Assembly: GCA_018056705.1 (NCBI GenBank) | Contig: JAGPFE010000016.1 | Span: 370 to 64,369, forward strand | Reading direction: 5' to 3' | Length of the DNA stretch: 64,000 nucleotides | Source of the DNA: Candidatus Hydrogenedentota bacterium | GTDB lineage: Bacteria; Hydrogenedentota; Hydrogenedentia; Hydrogenedentales; CAITNO01 | Shown here: positions 1 through 11,541 of the stretch, in pieces | Position numbering within the stretch: position 1 is the first letter of the stretch | Layout of the letters: every line of letters begins with the position of its first letter | Made by a program: the position numbers and the translations under genes | The notes under the pieces: model-generated | The model's input: the letters and a program-made list of their open reading frames with translations, nothing else | Told to the model about the DNA's origin: nothing | Databases searched by the model: none

Positions 1-246
1 GGAGATACACCACGCCGGCAGGATCCATTCATGCCGGCGCGACACTTCATTGTACGTTTTTCGTGACTTGTCGGACAATCTGTCGTTTCGGGAAATCCTG
101 CCGGAAGAGGCGGGGTCGATCGGTGCTGTTTGCCCCGGGCAGGCGATTCGTGAAATAATAGTTTCCGGTCCGAGCGGCGTTCCGGCCGCGTCACGGGGCT
201 GGTTTCCAACGGTTTCCCATGTATCAACCGATAAGGAGCGTGCGGT

Positions 247-1458
247 ATGTCCCGACTGGAAGGCAAGGCATTGGTGGCCCAGGGTGGAGGCCCTACGGCC
301 GTAATCAACCAGAGCGTGGTGGGCGTGGTGCTCGAGGCACGGAAATACCCGTGGGTAACCCACGTGTACGGAGCGATTCACGGGGTCCGGGGCATCGTGG
401 ACGAAAACTTTTACGACCTGACCGAGGCGACCACCCACAACCTGGAACAGGTGGCGCAGACGCCGTCGGCGGCGTTGCTGTCCACCCGGGACAAGCCAGA
501 CGTGGAATACTGCAAGCGGATCTTCGAGGTCTGCCGGGCCCACGGTATCCGGTATTTCTTCTATTGCGGGGGGAACGACAGCGCGGACACCTGCCGCATC
601 GTTAACGAGCAGGCCCGGGAAGCGGGGTATGAGTTGCGGGTAATCCACGTGCCCAAGACCATCGACAACGACCTGAAAGTGACGGACCACTGCCCGGGAT
701 ACGGCTCGGCGGCCAAGTTCGTGGCCCAGGCCTTTGCCGGGGCGAACCTGGACAACCGGGCGATCCCCGGGGTGTACATTGCGGTGGTGATGGGACGTCA
801 CGCGGGCTTCCTCACGGCCGCGAGCGCCCTTGCCCGCAAGTATCCGGATGACGGTCCGCACCTGGTTTACCTGCCTGAACGTCCGTTCAACCGCGAGCAG
901 TTCAAGGCCGACGTGAAACGGGTGTACGAGCAGTATGGCCGTTGCGTGGTGGCAGTGTCCGAAGGGATCGTGGATGAAAGTGGCACGCCCATCGTGGCGG
1001 CGTTTACCGGCGGCGAGCGGGATGCCCACGGAAACATCCAGTTGTCGGGCACCGGCGCGCTGGGTGACGTCCTGGCGGCGGAAGTCAAGGGGATGGGCAT
1101 CAAGCGGGTTCGCAGCGACACGTTCGGATACCTGCAGCGTTCTTTCCTGGGGTGCGTCTCCGAAGTGGATCAGCGCGAGGCCCGCGAAGTGGGTGAGAAG
1201 GCCGCCCATTATGCCATCTGGCACAACGTGGATGGATCGGTGGCGATCAAGCGCGAGGGAGATTACGCCGTGTCCTATTTCCTTACGCCCCTTGAAACCG
1301 TGGCCCGGCATTCGACCTCCATGCCCGACGCGTTCATCAACGAGGCGGGCAACGACGTGACGGACGCGTTCATCCGTTACGCCCGGCCGCTGGTGGGCCA
1401 GTTACCCGGCGCCGAGCGGATTCAGGCGCCGAAGGTCAAGAAAATCCTGAATCCCTGA
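247..1458 (+). CDS. pfk: 6-phosphofructokinase (PFK family, likely PPi- or ATP-dependent group III type)
   Basis: 403 aa. Has the N-terminal GGGPTAVIN nucleotide-binding motif and the catalytic PKTIDNDL motif typical of the PfkA family. AAGGAG RBS lies 8 nt upstream of ATG 247. Confidence 0.8.
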   Translation: MSRLEGKALVAQGGGPTAVINQSVVGVVLEARKYPWVTHVYGAIHGVRGIVDENFYDLTEATTHNLEQVAQTPSAALLSTRDKPDVEYCKRIFEVCRAHGIRYFFYCGGNDSADTCRIVNEQAREAGYELRVIHVPKTIDNDLKVTDHCPGYGSAAKFVAQAFAGANLDNRAIPGVYIAVVMGRHAGFLTAASALARKYPDDGPHLVYLPERPFNREQFKADVKRVYEQYGRCVVAVSEGIVDESGTPIVAAFTGGERDAHGNIQLSGTGALGDVLAAEVKGMGIKRVRSDTFGYLQRSFLGCVSEVDQREAREVGEKAAHYAIWHNVDGSVAIKREGDYAVSYFLTPLETVARHSTSMPDAFINEAGNDVTDAFIRYARPLVGQLPGAERIQAPKVKKILNP

Positions 1459-1474
1459 AGCGGGCCCGATATAG

Positions 1475-3094
<1,620 letters not shown>

Positions 3095-3132
3095 GAAAGG
3101 TGGCCAAGGCCGCGAGCGCGACAGGACAAGCC

Positions 3133-4686
3133 ATGAAAAGAGATGACATTCGCCGTCCCATCGTGGTGCTGGATTTCGGGGCACAGTACAGCAAGTTGAT
3201 CGCCCGCCGGGTGCGCGAAGCCAGCGTGTACAGCGTGATCGTGCCCTACAACACGCCTTCGGAGACGCTCCGGGCGATGCGGCCCGCCGGGCTGATCTTC
3301 AGCGGTGGGCCGGCCAGCGTGCACCAACCGGGTGCCCCCCTGCCCGATCCGGGGGTATTCGAGCTGGGCGTGCCGATCCTGGGGATCTGCTACGGCGTGC
3401 AGTTGCTGGCCCACATGCTGGGCGGGCTGGTGACCCGGGCGGACCGCCGTGAATACGGGATCGCGTGGCTCGAACACGAGGATGTCTCGGGCTTGCTGAC
3501 CGGGGTGGACCGGCGTACCCAGGTATGGATGAGCCATGGCGACCGGGTGGAACGACTTCCCGATGGGTTCGTCGCGATCGGCCGGACCGACAATTCCCCC
3601 TATGCCGCCATCGCCCGCCCGGACAAGAAATGGTTTGGCGTCCAGTTTCACCCGGAAGTGGCGCATACGCCCCAGGGCATGATCATTTTCCGGAACTTTG
3701 TTCATAACATCTGCGGTTGCCACGGGGACTGGAAGATGGCGTCCTTCGTGGACGTGGCCATCGATGAGATCCGGGAGAAGGTCGGAGACGGGCGCGTGCT
3801 ATGCGCCTTGAGCGGCGGCGTCGATTCCAGCGTGGCCGCCACGCTGATCCACCGGGCCATCGGGGAACGGTTGACCTGCGTGTTCGTGAACAACGGCCTG
3901 TTGCGCAAGGGGGAACCGGAGATGGTGCAGCGGGTGTTCCGCGATCATTTCCACATGAATTTCGTGTACGTGAACGCGGAAGACCGCTTCCTGAGCGCCC
4001 TGCGCGGGGTGACCGATCCCGAACAGAAACGCAAGATCATCGGCGGGGTCTTCATTGACGTGTTCGAAGACGAGGCCCGGAAGATCGGGCGGGTGGAATT
4101 TCTCGCCCAGGGCACGCTGTATCCGGACGTGATTGAATCGACCTCGGCCACGGGTGGCCCCTCGGTGACCATCAAGAGTCACCACAATGTCGGTGGGCTG
4201 CCGGAAAAAATGAACCTTGCCCTGGTGGAGCCCCTGCGGGAGTTGTTCAAGGACGAGGTGCGGGCCCTGGGACGGGAACTGGGGTTGCCGGAAGAAATCG
4301 TCAGCAGGCATCCCTTCCCCGGTCCGGGCCTCGGCGTGCGATGCGTGGGCGAGGTAACCCGGGAACGGCTGGATACCCTGCGCGACGCGGACGCCATCTT
4401 CATTGAGGAGATCCGCGCGGCCGGGCTGTACGACGAAATCTGGCAGGCCCTGGTGTGCCTGCTGCCGGTCCGCAGCGTGGGCGTGCAGGGAGACGAGCGC
4501 ACGTACGAGGAGGTGTGCAGCCTGCGGGCGGTGACTTCCCAGGACGCCATGACCGCGGACTGGTACCGGTTTCCGCCGGACCTGCTGGCCCGGGTGGCCA
4601 ACCGGATCTGCAACGAGGTCCGGGGTATCAACCGGGTCCTGTATGACATCACGAGCAAGCCGCCCGGCACCATCGAATGGGAGTGA
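3133..4686 (+). CDS. guaA: GMP synthase (glutamine-hydrolysing)
   Basis: N-terminal [20 protein letters not shown] class-I glutamine amidotransferase domain, [10 protein letters not shown]-loop ATP pyrophosphatase motif, C-terminal dimerisation domain. 517 aa from ATG 3133. Confidence 0.9.
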   Translation: MKRDDIRRPIVVLDFGAQYSKLIARRVREASVYSVIVPYNTPSETLRAMRPAGLIFSGGPASVHQPGAPLPDPGVFELGVPILGICYGVQLLAHMLGGLVTRADRREYGIAWLEHEDVSGLLTGVDRRTQVWMSHGDRVERLPDGFVAIGRTDNSPYAAIARPDKKWFGVQFHPEVAHTPQGMIIFRNFVHNICGCHGDWKMASFVDVAIDEIREKVGDGRVLCALSGGVDSSVAATLIHRAIGERLTCVFVNNGLLRKGEPEMVQRVFRDHFHMNFVYVNAEDRFLSALRGVTDPEQKRKIIGGVFIDVFEDEARKIGRVEFLAQGTLYPDVIESTSATGGPSVTIKSHHNVGGLPEKMNLALVEPLRELFKDEVRALGRELGLPEEIVSRHPFPGPGLGVRCVGEVTRERLDTLRDADAIFIEEIRAAGLYDEIWQALVCLLPVRSVGVQGDERTYEEVCSLRAVTSQDAMTADWYRFPPDLLARVANRICNEVRGINRVLYDITSKPPGTIEWE

Positions 4687-5552
4687 CGTCTCGGGATGTC
4701 CCGGGAGGCCCGGTGCCGGGACGCGCGGATCCGGCGACCCGGGTTATCCTGGACCGGTTGTATCGGCGGTTCCACCGGTTTGAGTATGTTGCCATGGATC
4801 CCCTGGCCGTCGTGTACGACTACACGGATTGGGCGGACCGGGAACTGGCCGGGCTGATCGCGGCGGGCCTCGCGTTTGGGGACGCGACGCAGATCCAGCG
4901 GGCGGCCCGGGAGGTGCTCGGCCGGATAGGGCCGCGGCCCGCTGAAGTCTTGCGCGCGCTGTCGCCGCGCGATATCCGGCAGCGTGCCGCCGGGTTCCGG
5001 TACCGCTGGGTTTCGGACGAGGCCCTGGCCGCGTTTCTCCTGGGCCTTGGACGGTGCCTACGGGCGCATGGTTCCGTGGAGGCCTGGATGGCCGCGGGCG
5101 GGGGACAGCCGGCCCATCCCGCGGACGCGCCCGAAACGTTGCGCGCCGTGCTCATGAACTGGACCCGTGATTTCCTGCGCGCCATGGGCATCGCGAAACA
5201 CCCGATGTGGCCGGATCCGGAACGGGGCGGGGCCTGCAAACGGACGCTGCTTTACCTGCGGTGGATGGTTCGCCGGGACCAGGTGGACCCCGGGTGCTGG
5301 ACCCTGCTTACGCCCGCCATGCTGGTGTGCCCGGTGGACCGGCACGTGCACCGGTTCGCGCTCCGCGTGGGCATCACGCGGCGGGCCACGGCGGACTGGC
5401 GGACGGCCGTGGAAATCACCCGCTTTTTCCGCGCGCTGTGTCCCCGGGATCCCTGCCGGTGGGATTTCGCGCTGACCCGCGCGGCCATGCTGGACGCGCT
5501 GCCCGAGGCCTGGCGCGGGGGCTCCGGCGGCGTCGCTCATCCCGGCAGGTGA
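4677..5552 (+). CDS. conserved hypothetical protein, TIGR02757/DUF2400-like
   Basis: 291-aa ORF overlapping the guaA stop by 10 bp. The DPLAVVYDY...[13 protein letters not shown] region resembles the TIGR02757 family. Family assignment is from memory only. Confidence 0.45.
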   Translation: MGVTSRDVPGGPVPGRADPATRVILDRLYRRFHRFEYVAMDPLAVVYDYTDWADRELAGLIAAGLAFGDATQIQRAAREVLGRIGPRPAEVLRALSPRDIRQRAAGFRYRWVSDEALAAFLLGLGRCLRAHGSVEAWMAAGGGQPAHPADAPETLRAVLMNWTRDFLRAMGIAKHPMWPDPERGGACKRTLLYLRWMVRRDQVDPGCWTLLTPAMLVCPVDRHVHRFALRVGITRRATADWRTAVEITRFFRALCPRDPCRWDFALTRAAMLDALPEAWRGGSGGVAHPGR

Positions 5553-6670
5553 GGCGGATCCTCTTCGAACAGGACGACTGGAAGATCCGGAAAATCCCCG
5601 CGCAGGTGTTCGGCCAGGCGACGCACGCCGGGGAATTCCGTTTCATGGTGACCAGCCTCGATGACGATCCGGCCCATCGTGACCGCGTCCAGGGCCTGGT
5701 GGTAGGACACTTCACCGGTAAGGTACGCGTCGATACCCGGGGGTATCCGCTGCACAAGGCTGCCGCCACTGCCGCCCAGCACGCCCACGACGCGCAGGGT
5801 ACGGTTTTCCGCGTCCCGGGGCATGGCCAGTCGGGCGGCTGGCGCGGACAGTTTTTCGCGCGCGTGCGCCAGCAGTCGCGCCGGCGTCATGGGTTCAGGC
5901 AACAGGCCCGCGCGGCCCAGTCCCACGTCCGGCCGGGTATTTTCCAGGGGCACCACGTCGTACGCCGGCTCCTCGTAAGGATGCGCCGCGCGCATGGCGG
6001 CTACCACGGCATCCGCCAGGTATCGCGGCGCGATCATTTCCAGCCGGACTTCCGGTTCCTCGTTGAGTTGTCCCCGGCTGCCGGTGAAGGGACTGGCCTC
6101 GTCCGGCGCGAAGAAGGAACCGGTACCCGGGCTTGAAAAAGCGCACTCGCGGTAGATGCCGATCATGCCCGCGCCCGCCTCACCCATGGCGCGCCGCACG
6201 GGGGCGACGTGATCCGCCGGAAGGAAGGTGATGATTTTTACCTGCCGGGCCTCTTCCGACGGGAACAGGGGCCGGGTTTCGGTTAATCCCAGGGCATCCG
6301 CGAGGGCGTCGTTGATGCCCCCGGGCGCGACGTCCAGGCAGGTGTGGGCGGCGAGGCAATGCATGTCCAGGGCGGCCGCGCGGACAAGGGTCAGCGTCCC
6401 GGGATGATCGGTGCGCAGGGCCTTGACCGGATCCCAGACGGGGGGATGATGCGCGATGAACAGGTTGGCGCCGTGCTCCCGGGCGAAATCGATGACCTCG
6501 GGTCGCAGGTTCAGGCAGACGCATATGCCCGTGACCGTGGCGTCGGGACGTCCAACCTGCAATCCCCCCCGGTCCCAGGACACGCCCCAGGCCGGAGGAG
6601 CCAGCTGGTCCAGCCACGCGCGGACATCGGCAACCGTGTGTTCCCGCTTTGCGCCGGTCGGGTCAGTCAT
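5537..6670 (-). CDS. Nif3-like dinuclear metal centre protein (YqfO/GTP cyclohydrolase 1 type 2 family)
   Basis: Conserved HHP, CLDVAPGG-type His/Asp metal ligands and an inserted PII-like middle domain, typical of the ~370-aa Nif3 family. Start placed at ATG 6670 (MTDPTG), overlapping the upstream gene by 8 bp. Confidence 0.75.
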   Translation of the reverse strand: MTDPTGAKREHTVADVRAWLDQLAPPAWGVSWDRGGLQVGRPDATVTGICVCLNLRPEVIDFAREHGANLFIAHHPPVWDPVKALRTDHPGTLTLVRAAALDMHCLAAHTCLDVAPGGINDALADALGLTETRPLFPSEEARQVKIITFLPADHVAPVRRAMGEAGAGMIGIYRECAFSSPGTGSFFAPDEASPFTGSRGQLNEEPEVRLEMIAPRYLADAVVAAMRAAHPYEEPAYDVVPLENTRPDVGLGRAGLLPEPMTPARLLAHAREKLSAPAARLAMPRDAENRTLRVVGVLGGSGGSLVQRIPPGIDAYLTGEVSYHQALDAVTMGRIVIEAGHHETEFPGVRRLAEHLRGDFPDLPVVLFEEDPPHLPG

Positions 6671-7490
6671 GGTTCGATTCCTCGCTGTTGCCGGGACACG
6701 TCGCGGCAAACGCGCCGTAGCCGACCACCCGGGAGGTGTCGCCCGAAGCGTCCGCGCTCGTGCGGTAATCCACCAGGTGCCATTTCGCCCCGCGTGCCCC
6801 GGCGAAGGCCATGGCCGCGGCTACGGCCGGCGCGCCGCACAGGTCCCGGTCCCGTCCGATAAGCGCGCGGGGATCGTTGCCGAGTACCGCCTGGATGGAC
6901 GCGCGGTCAACCCGTTCCGCCTCTGGCAGGCTGAGGTAATGCGACAGGTCCGTGGAGGCCAGCACGGCGTCACCAGGCTGCAGGAGCCGGGCGAGTCGTT
7001 CGCCGAAAGCGATGTGATCGCTGCTGGTATCCGATCCGAACAGGATTCCCACCACCGTGAAGCGTTCCAGGGCGACCTGCAGAAAAGGCAACTGTACTTC
7101 CAGCGTGTGTTCATCGTAATGGGCCTGGACCGGACCTGCCTTGGCGAGAGCGGCAACCTGTCGCGCCAGTTCCCGGTCTGTCGGCACGATACCCAGGGGC
7201 GTTTCCCAGTCCTCGTCGGCCAGCACGGCCGCGCCGTCGAATCGGTACCGATGGGACCTTCCCAGGAGAACGACCCGCCGGATGGAAGCGTTCCGCCAGC
7301 AGTGGTGGGCCCGTCCAGCGCAGGCCCCCGAGTAGACGTACCCCGCGTGGGGCGCGACCAGGGCCACGACGAGCGGCGAGCCTGTCAGCGTCGTTTCGGG
7401 CGGCGCCAGGAACTCCTCCACGAGACGTCGCAACACCACGGGGTCGCCGGGGTAGAACATGCCGTTGACTGCCGGGGGACGGGGCCGCAT
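6663..7490 (-). CDS. MEMO1 family protein (AmmeMemoRadiSam system protein B homologue)
   Basis: MFYPGD...VAPHAGYVYSGACAG and DLSHY motifs of the MEMO1/DUF52 family. GGAGAG RBS lies 7 nt before ATG 7490 (MRPRPPAVNGMFYP). Confidence 0.7.
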   Translation of the reverse strand: MRPRPPAVNGMFYPGDPVVLRRLVEEFLAPPETTLTGSPLVVALVAPHAGYVYSGACAGRAHHCWRNASIRRVVLLGRSHRYRFDGAAVLADEDWETPLGIVPTDRELARQVAALAKAGPVQAHYDEHTLEVQLPFLQVALERFTVVGILFGSDTSSDHIAFGERLARLLQPGDAVLASTDLSHYLSLPEAERVDRASIQAVLGNDPRALIGRDRDLCGAPAVAAAMAFAGARGAKWHLVDYRTSADASGDTSRVVGYGAFAATCPGNSEESNHD

Positions 7491-7587
7491 AGGGGACTCT
7501 CCATGCCGGGGTTTCATCCCGCGCGTTCACTCATATTATAATAGGCGTGGGATCGGGGTGGGGGATTCTACCGCGAAAGGACCGTCC

Positions 7588-8355
7588 ATGACGCCGCAAC
7601 CGATCATTCTCGAGCAACTGGTCAACATGTCCCATTACCTTGGCGATCCGTCCCGGCCTTACGCGATACTCGGCGAGGGCAACACGTCGGCCCGGATTGA
7701 CGAAGATTCGTTTTTTATCAAGGCGTCCGGCACGACACTGGCCACCATGAAACCCGGGGATTTTCTACCCGTTTCCATTTCCCGGGTCACGGCCGTGCTG
7801 GACGATCCGGACGCGGATGACGCCGTGGTGGCAGAGGTGTTGCGGGAGTCCCTGCTGACCCCGGGGGAAAAGCGCATGCCATCCGTGGAGACGGTGCTTC
7901 ACGCGGTGCTTTACAAGTACCCGGAAATCAATTTCATTGGCCACTGCCACCCCGAGGCGATCAACATGCTGATGTGCTCGGCGCGCGCCGAAGAAGCGGC
8001 CCTTGGGCGGTTGTGCCCGGACCACATTGTCGTCGTGGGGCGCAGTTCGGTCTACGTGCCCTATACCGACCCGGGCCTGCAGCTGGCTCGGGCCATCCGC
8101 CAGCTGGTCCGGGAATACATTGAGCGGGAAGGCGAACTACCCAAGTCGATTTACCTGCAGAATCATGGATTTTTTGCCCTGGGCGCCACGCCCAAGGCCG
8201 TGTGCAACATCTTTGACATGGCCGAGAAGATGGCCCGCATCCTCGTGGGCGCCTACAGCGTGGGCGGACCGAGGTTCATGTCGGAGGCTGACATCAACCG
8301 TATTCACACCCGCCCGGATGAACACTACCGCCAGAAACTGCTGAGCCTGAAGTGA
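7588..8355 (+). CDS. class II aldolase/adducin family protein (fuculose-/ribulose-phosphate aldolase or epimerase-like)
   Basis: GNTS phosphate-binding motif plus the SVETVLH and HCHP metal-ligand motifs of the class II aldolase fold. First gene of a four-gene same-strand cluster. Confidence 0.7.
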   Translation: MTPQPIILEQLVNMSHYLGDPSRPYAILGEGNTSARIDEDSFFIKASGTTLATMKPGDFLPVSISRVTAVLDDPDADDAVVAEVLRESLLTPGEKRMPSVETVLHAVLYKYPEINFIGHCHPEAINMLMCSARAEEAALGRLCPDHIVVVGRSSVYVPYTDPGLQLARAIRQLVREYIEREGELPKSIYLQNHGFFALGATPKAVCNIFDMAEKMARILVGAYSVGGPRFMSEADINRIHTRPDEHYRQKLLSLK

Positions 8356-8393
8356 AAGGATCCGGGACCGGGTTCCCAACAGAGGAAACAAGC

Positions 8394-10007
8394 ATGAACA
8401 AGCTGGAAGCGTACAAGCGCGCGGACGCGCCGTTGCCCTCCACCTACCGCGCGTGGTGGGTGTACGGGGCTGGCCTGGAAAACGTGGGCCGGGATGGTAA
8501 ACCGGTGGAAAAGCCGTTGCGTCCACCCCGGGAAGACGAAGTGCTGGTCCGGGTGGACGCCCTGGGCTTGTGCCTTTCCGACATGAAGATCATCGCCCAG
8601 GGCAGTGCCCATCCCCGGTTGCGAGGTCGGGACCTCGCGTCGGACCCGACGGTCCTGGGTCATGAATGTGCCTGTACCCTGGTGGCCGCCGGGGCGCGAT
8701 GGCAGGACAGGTTCCTGCCAGGGCAGCGGTTCATCGTGCAGGCCGACATCTATTACAAGGGCGTGAACGATGCCTTCGGGTACATGATTCCCGGCGGGCT
8801 GGGCGAGTTCACGTACCTGGACTATCGCGCCCTGGACGGCGACGAGGGATGCTACCTGTTACCGGTGCGGCCCCATGTCGGGTACAGCCAGGCCGCGCTC
8901 TCGGAACCCTGGGCCTGCGTGGAAATGTCCTACAGCGTGGAGGACCGGGTCACCCCCAGACCGGACGGACGGATGCTGATTGTTGCCGCCATTCCGTCGG
9001 CGTGGAAGGCGCGTTTTCCCGGCGCGACGGTGGTGACGCCCGATGCCCCGCTGCCCGAAGGCGAGTCATGGGACGACATCATCCTCGAGCATCCCGCGCC
9101 TGCCATGCTCGAGGGGTGTTCGGACCGGTTGAACCCGGGCGGATGCGTCTTTCTTATCGGGGACGCCGCGGAAGAAGGGTATGTTTCCCTGGATGTGGGC
9201 GCGGTGCACTACCAGAACAAGCGGTACTATGGCGGGTCGTCGCTGGAGGACATCGCCACGAAGTGCCGTCGCCAGGACCTGCTGCCCGGGGGCGCGTCAC
9301 TTTTTATCGGCGCGGGGGGACCCATGGGCCAGATGCACGTGCAACGGGCGATCGAGAAAGATAACACGTCCGCCCGGGTGGTGGCGACGGACCTTGACCG
9401 GGGGCGGTTGAATCACATTGAACGGCGTTTTGGCGCGCTGGCCCGTCAGCGGGGCGTGGAGTTCATCACGCTTTGCCCGGCGGATTTTCCATCTCCCGAG
9501 GCTTACGACGCGAAGGTCAGGGAACTGGGCGGTCCAGGGGGATACGACGACGTGTGCGTGCTGGTGCCGGTTCCCGCGCTGGTGCGCCAGGCGATCGACC
9601 TTGCCGGCGATCACGCCCTGGCGAACCTTTTCGCGGGGATTCCCACGGGAACCCGGGCACAGGTACGGTTGAGCCGGTTGTGCGCCGGGGTCAAGATGGT
9701 CGGCACCAGTGGCTCACGCATCAGTGACCTGCGCAAGATCCTGTCCCTTGTGGAGGCTGGCGCGCTGGACACTAACCGAAGCGTGGCGGCCATCGGCGGA
9801 CTGGAAGCCGCTCACGATGGCCTGCGCGCGGTAAAAGAAGCGCGTTTCCCGGGGAAAACGGTGATCTATCCGCAGATTTCCGGGTTGCCGCTGATGACGC
9901 TGGAAGAAGTGGCGACGCGTTTTCCGTCGGTCGGGGCGAAGATGAGCGCGGAGGGAAACTGGACCGTTGAGGCGGAAGCCCAACTGCTGGAGGAACTGCT
10001 GCCATGA
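8394..10007 (+). CDS. medium-chain dehydrogenase/reductase (zinc ADH-like), long form
   Basis: GHECACTLVAAG catalytic-domain motif and a C-terminal Rossmann region. 537 aa is unusually long for the MDR family. GAGGAAA RBS before ATG 8394. Confidence 0.6.
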   Translation: MNKLEAYKRADAPLPSTYRAWWVYGAGLENVGRDGKPVEKPLRPPREDEVLVRVDALGLCLSDMKIIAQGSAHPRLRGRDLASDPTVLGHECACTLVAAGARWQDRFLPGQRFIVQADIYYKGVNDAFGYMIPGGLGEFTYLDYRALDGDEGCYLLPVRPHVGYSQAALSEPWACVEMSYSVEDRVTPRPDGRMLIVAAIPSAWKARFPGATVVTPDAPLPEGESWDDIILEHPAPAMLEGCSDRLNPGGCVFLIGDAAEEGYVSLDVGAVHYQNKRYYGGSSLEDIATKCRRQDLLPGGASLFIGAGGPMGQMHVQRAIEKDNTSARVVATDLDRGRLNHIERRFGALARQRGVEFITLCPADFPSPEAYDAKVRELGGPGGYDDVCVLVPVPALVRQAIDLAGDHALANLFAGIPTGTRAQVRLSRLCAGVKMVGTSGSRISDLRKILSLVEAGALDTNRSVAAIGGLEAAHDGLRAVKEARFPGKTVIYPQISGLPLMTLEEVATRFPSVGAKMSAEGNWTVEAEAQLLEELLP

Positions 10008-10798
10008 ACCACCCGGTGCTGGAAGGTCGCAAGGCGATTGTCACGGGAGGCGCCCAGGGCCTTGGCGCGGCCATTTCCGAGCATCTCGCCGAGGAGGGGT
10101 GTGATGTCATCATCTGGGACATCAACGCCGCCCAGGCGGAACAGACGGCCCGGGAAATCGCGGCGAAAACCGGGCGCCATCTCGAGGGACGCGCCGTCGA
10201 CGTAACCGACGCGGAAGGCGTGCGCCGCGCGGTGGACGAAGCGGTCCAGGTCATGGGCCGGCTGGACATCATGGTGTGCAACGCCGGCATTCTTATTTCG
10301 GGCGATTCCATTACCTTCGATATCGAGAAATGGCGCAAGGTGATTGACGTGGACCTGACGGGTTATTTCATCTGCGCCCGCGAGGCCGCCCGGGTGATGC
10401 TGCCCAACCGGAAAGGGGTTATCATCCAGATCAATTCGAAGTCCGGAAAGAAAGGCAGTTTCCGGAACAGCGCGTACGCCGCCGCGAAATTCGGGGGCAT
10501 CGGCGTGACCCAGAGCCTTGCCCTGGAATTCGCGGAACAGGGTATCCGGGTCAACGCCGTGTGCCCGGGCAACCTGCTGAACTCGCCACTGTGGGTCAAC
10601 AGCCTGTTCAAGCAGTATGCCGCCAACCAGGGCATCACGGAAGGAGAAGTGCGACAGAAATACATCGACCAGGTGCCCATGAAGCGGCCCTGCGAGTATC
10701 GCGACGTTACCAACGTGGTGGTTTTTCTCGCGTCCGACGCGTCGTCCTACATGACCGGCCAGGCGATCAACGTGACCGGCGGCCAGGAGATGCGCTGA
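10004..10798 (+). CDS. SDR family oxidoreductase, sorbitol-6-phosphate 2-dehydrogenase (SrlD)-like
   Basis: TGGAQGLG cofactor motif and the YAAAK active site. The CPGNLLNSPLW...SLFKQYA...KYIDQVPMKRPCEYRDV stretch is close to the SrlD/GutD signature. Start overlaps the upstream stop (ATGA). Confidence 0.75.
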   Translation: MNHPVLEGRKAIVTGGAQGLGAAISEHLAEEGCDVIIWDINAAQAEQTAREIAAKTGRHLEGRAVDVTDAEGVRRAVDEAVQVMGRLDIMVCNAGILISGDSITFDIEKWRKVIDVDLTGYFICAREAARVMLPNRKGVIIQINSKSGKKGSFRNSAYAAAKFGGIGVTQSLALEFAEQGIRVNAVCPGNLLNSPLWVNSLFKQYAANQGITEGEVRQKYIDQVPMKRPCEYRDVTNVVVFLASDASSYMTGQAINVTGGQEMR

Positions 10799-10839
10799 AC
10801 CGGCGGTGGGGCGGTGCCCACCTGGAGGATAGCCTGTCC

Positions 10840-11511
10840 ATGTCTACCGATTATGACCTGCCGGAACCGGAAATTCACCTCATCCAGGCCATGCTGGTGC
10901 GAAGGCCGGACCTGCATGCCTGCGTGGATGAACTCATCGCCGCGCACAAGGCACTGGTCACCTGCTTTTCCCGGGGCGGCACGCTGTTTACCTGCGGGAA
11001 CGGTGGCTCGTGGGCGGATGCCCTGCACATCGTGGGCGAACTCTGCAAGAGTTTCGAGCGGAGGCGGCCCCTCGACGAGGATTACGCGGCGGCCCTGCGG
11101 TTGTTGCCCTTCGGCGAAGACCTGGCAGATAACCTGGAATCCGGACTGCGGGCGATCACGCTGGGACTGAACGGCGCGCTCAAGACCGCCGTCGAAAACG
11201 ACTGCCCGCTGCGGGACATCGCCTTCGCCCAGGAGTTGAACGTCATGATGCGGCCGGGAGACGTGCTGCTGGCCCTGTCGACCAGCGGCAAGGCCGTCAA
11301 CTGCCGCATGGCCATGTCCGTGGCCCGGGCGAAAGGCGGCGTGACCATTGCCATGACCGGACCTCAAGGCGGTCCCATGGGCGAGTTTGCCGATATCGTC
11401 ATCCGCGCGCCCGGCGACTCCACCAAGGTTATCCAGGAAGCCCACGCGACCCTGTGGCACACCCTGTGCTGCCTGGTGGAAATCCGGTTCTTCCCCGAAA
11501 AACGCGCCTGA
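10840..11511 (+). CDS. SIS-domain sugar-phosphate isomerase (GmhA/DiaA-like phosphoheptose isomerase family)
   Basis: CGNGGSWADALH..EL and LALSTSGKA motifs of the SIS fold. GGAGGA RBS upstream of ATG 10840. Confidence 0.7.
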   Translation: MSTDYDLPEPEIHLIQAMLVRRPDLHACVDELIAAHKALVTCFSRGGTLFTCGNGGSWADALHIVGELCKSFERRRPLDEDYAAALRLLPFGEDLADNLESGLRAITLGLNGALKTAVENDCPLRDIAFAQELNVMMRPGDVLLALSTSGKAVNCRMAMSVARAKGGVTIAMTGPQGGPMGEFADIVIRAPGDSTKVIQEAHATLWHTLCCLVEIRFFPEKRA

Positions 11512-11541
11512 CCGCGCATTGTCCCGGGAAAAACGGGCGGT

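Noticed and set aside
6456-7541. 361-aa plus-strand ORF
   Set aside because: Antisense to the MEMO1-like and Nif3 genes.
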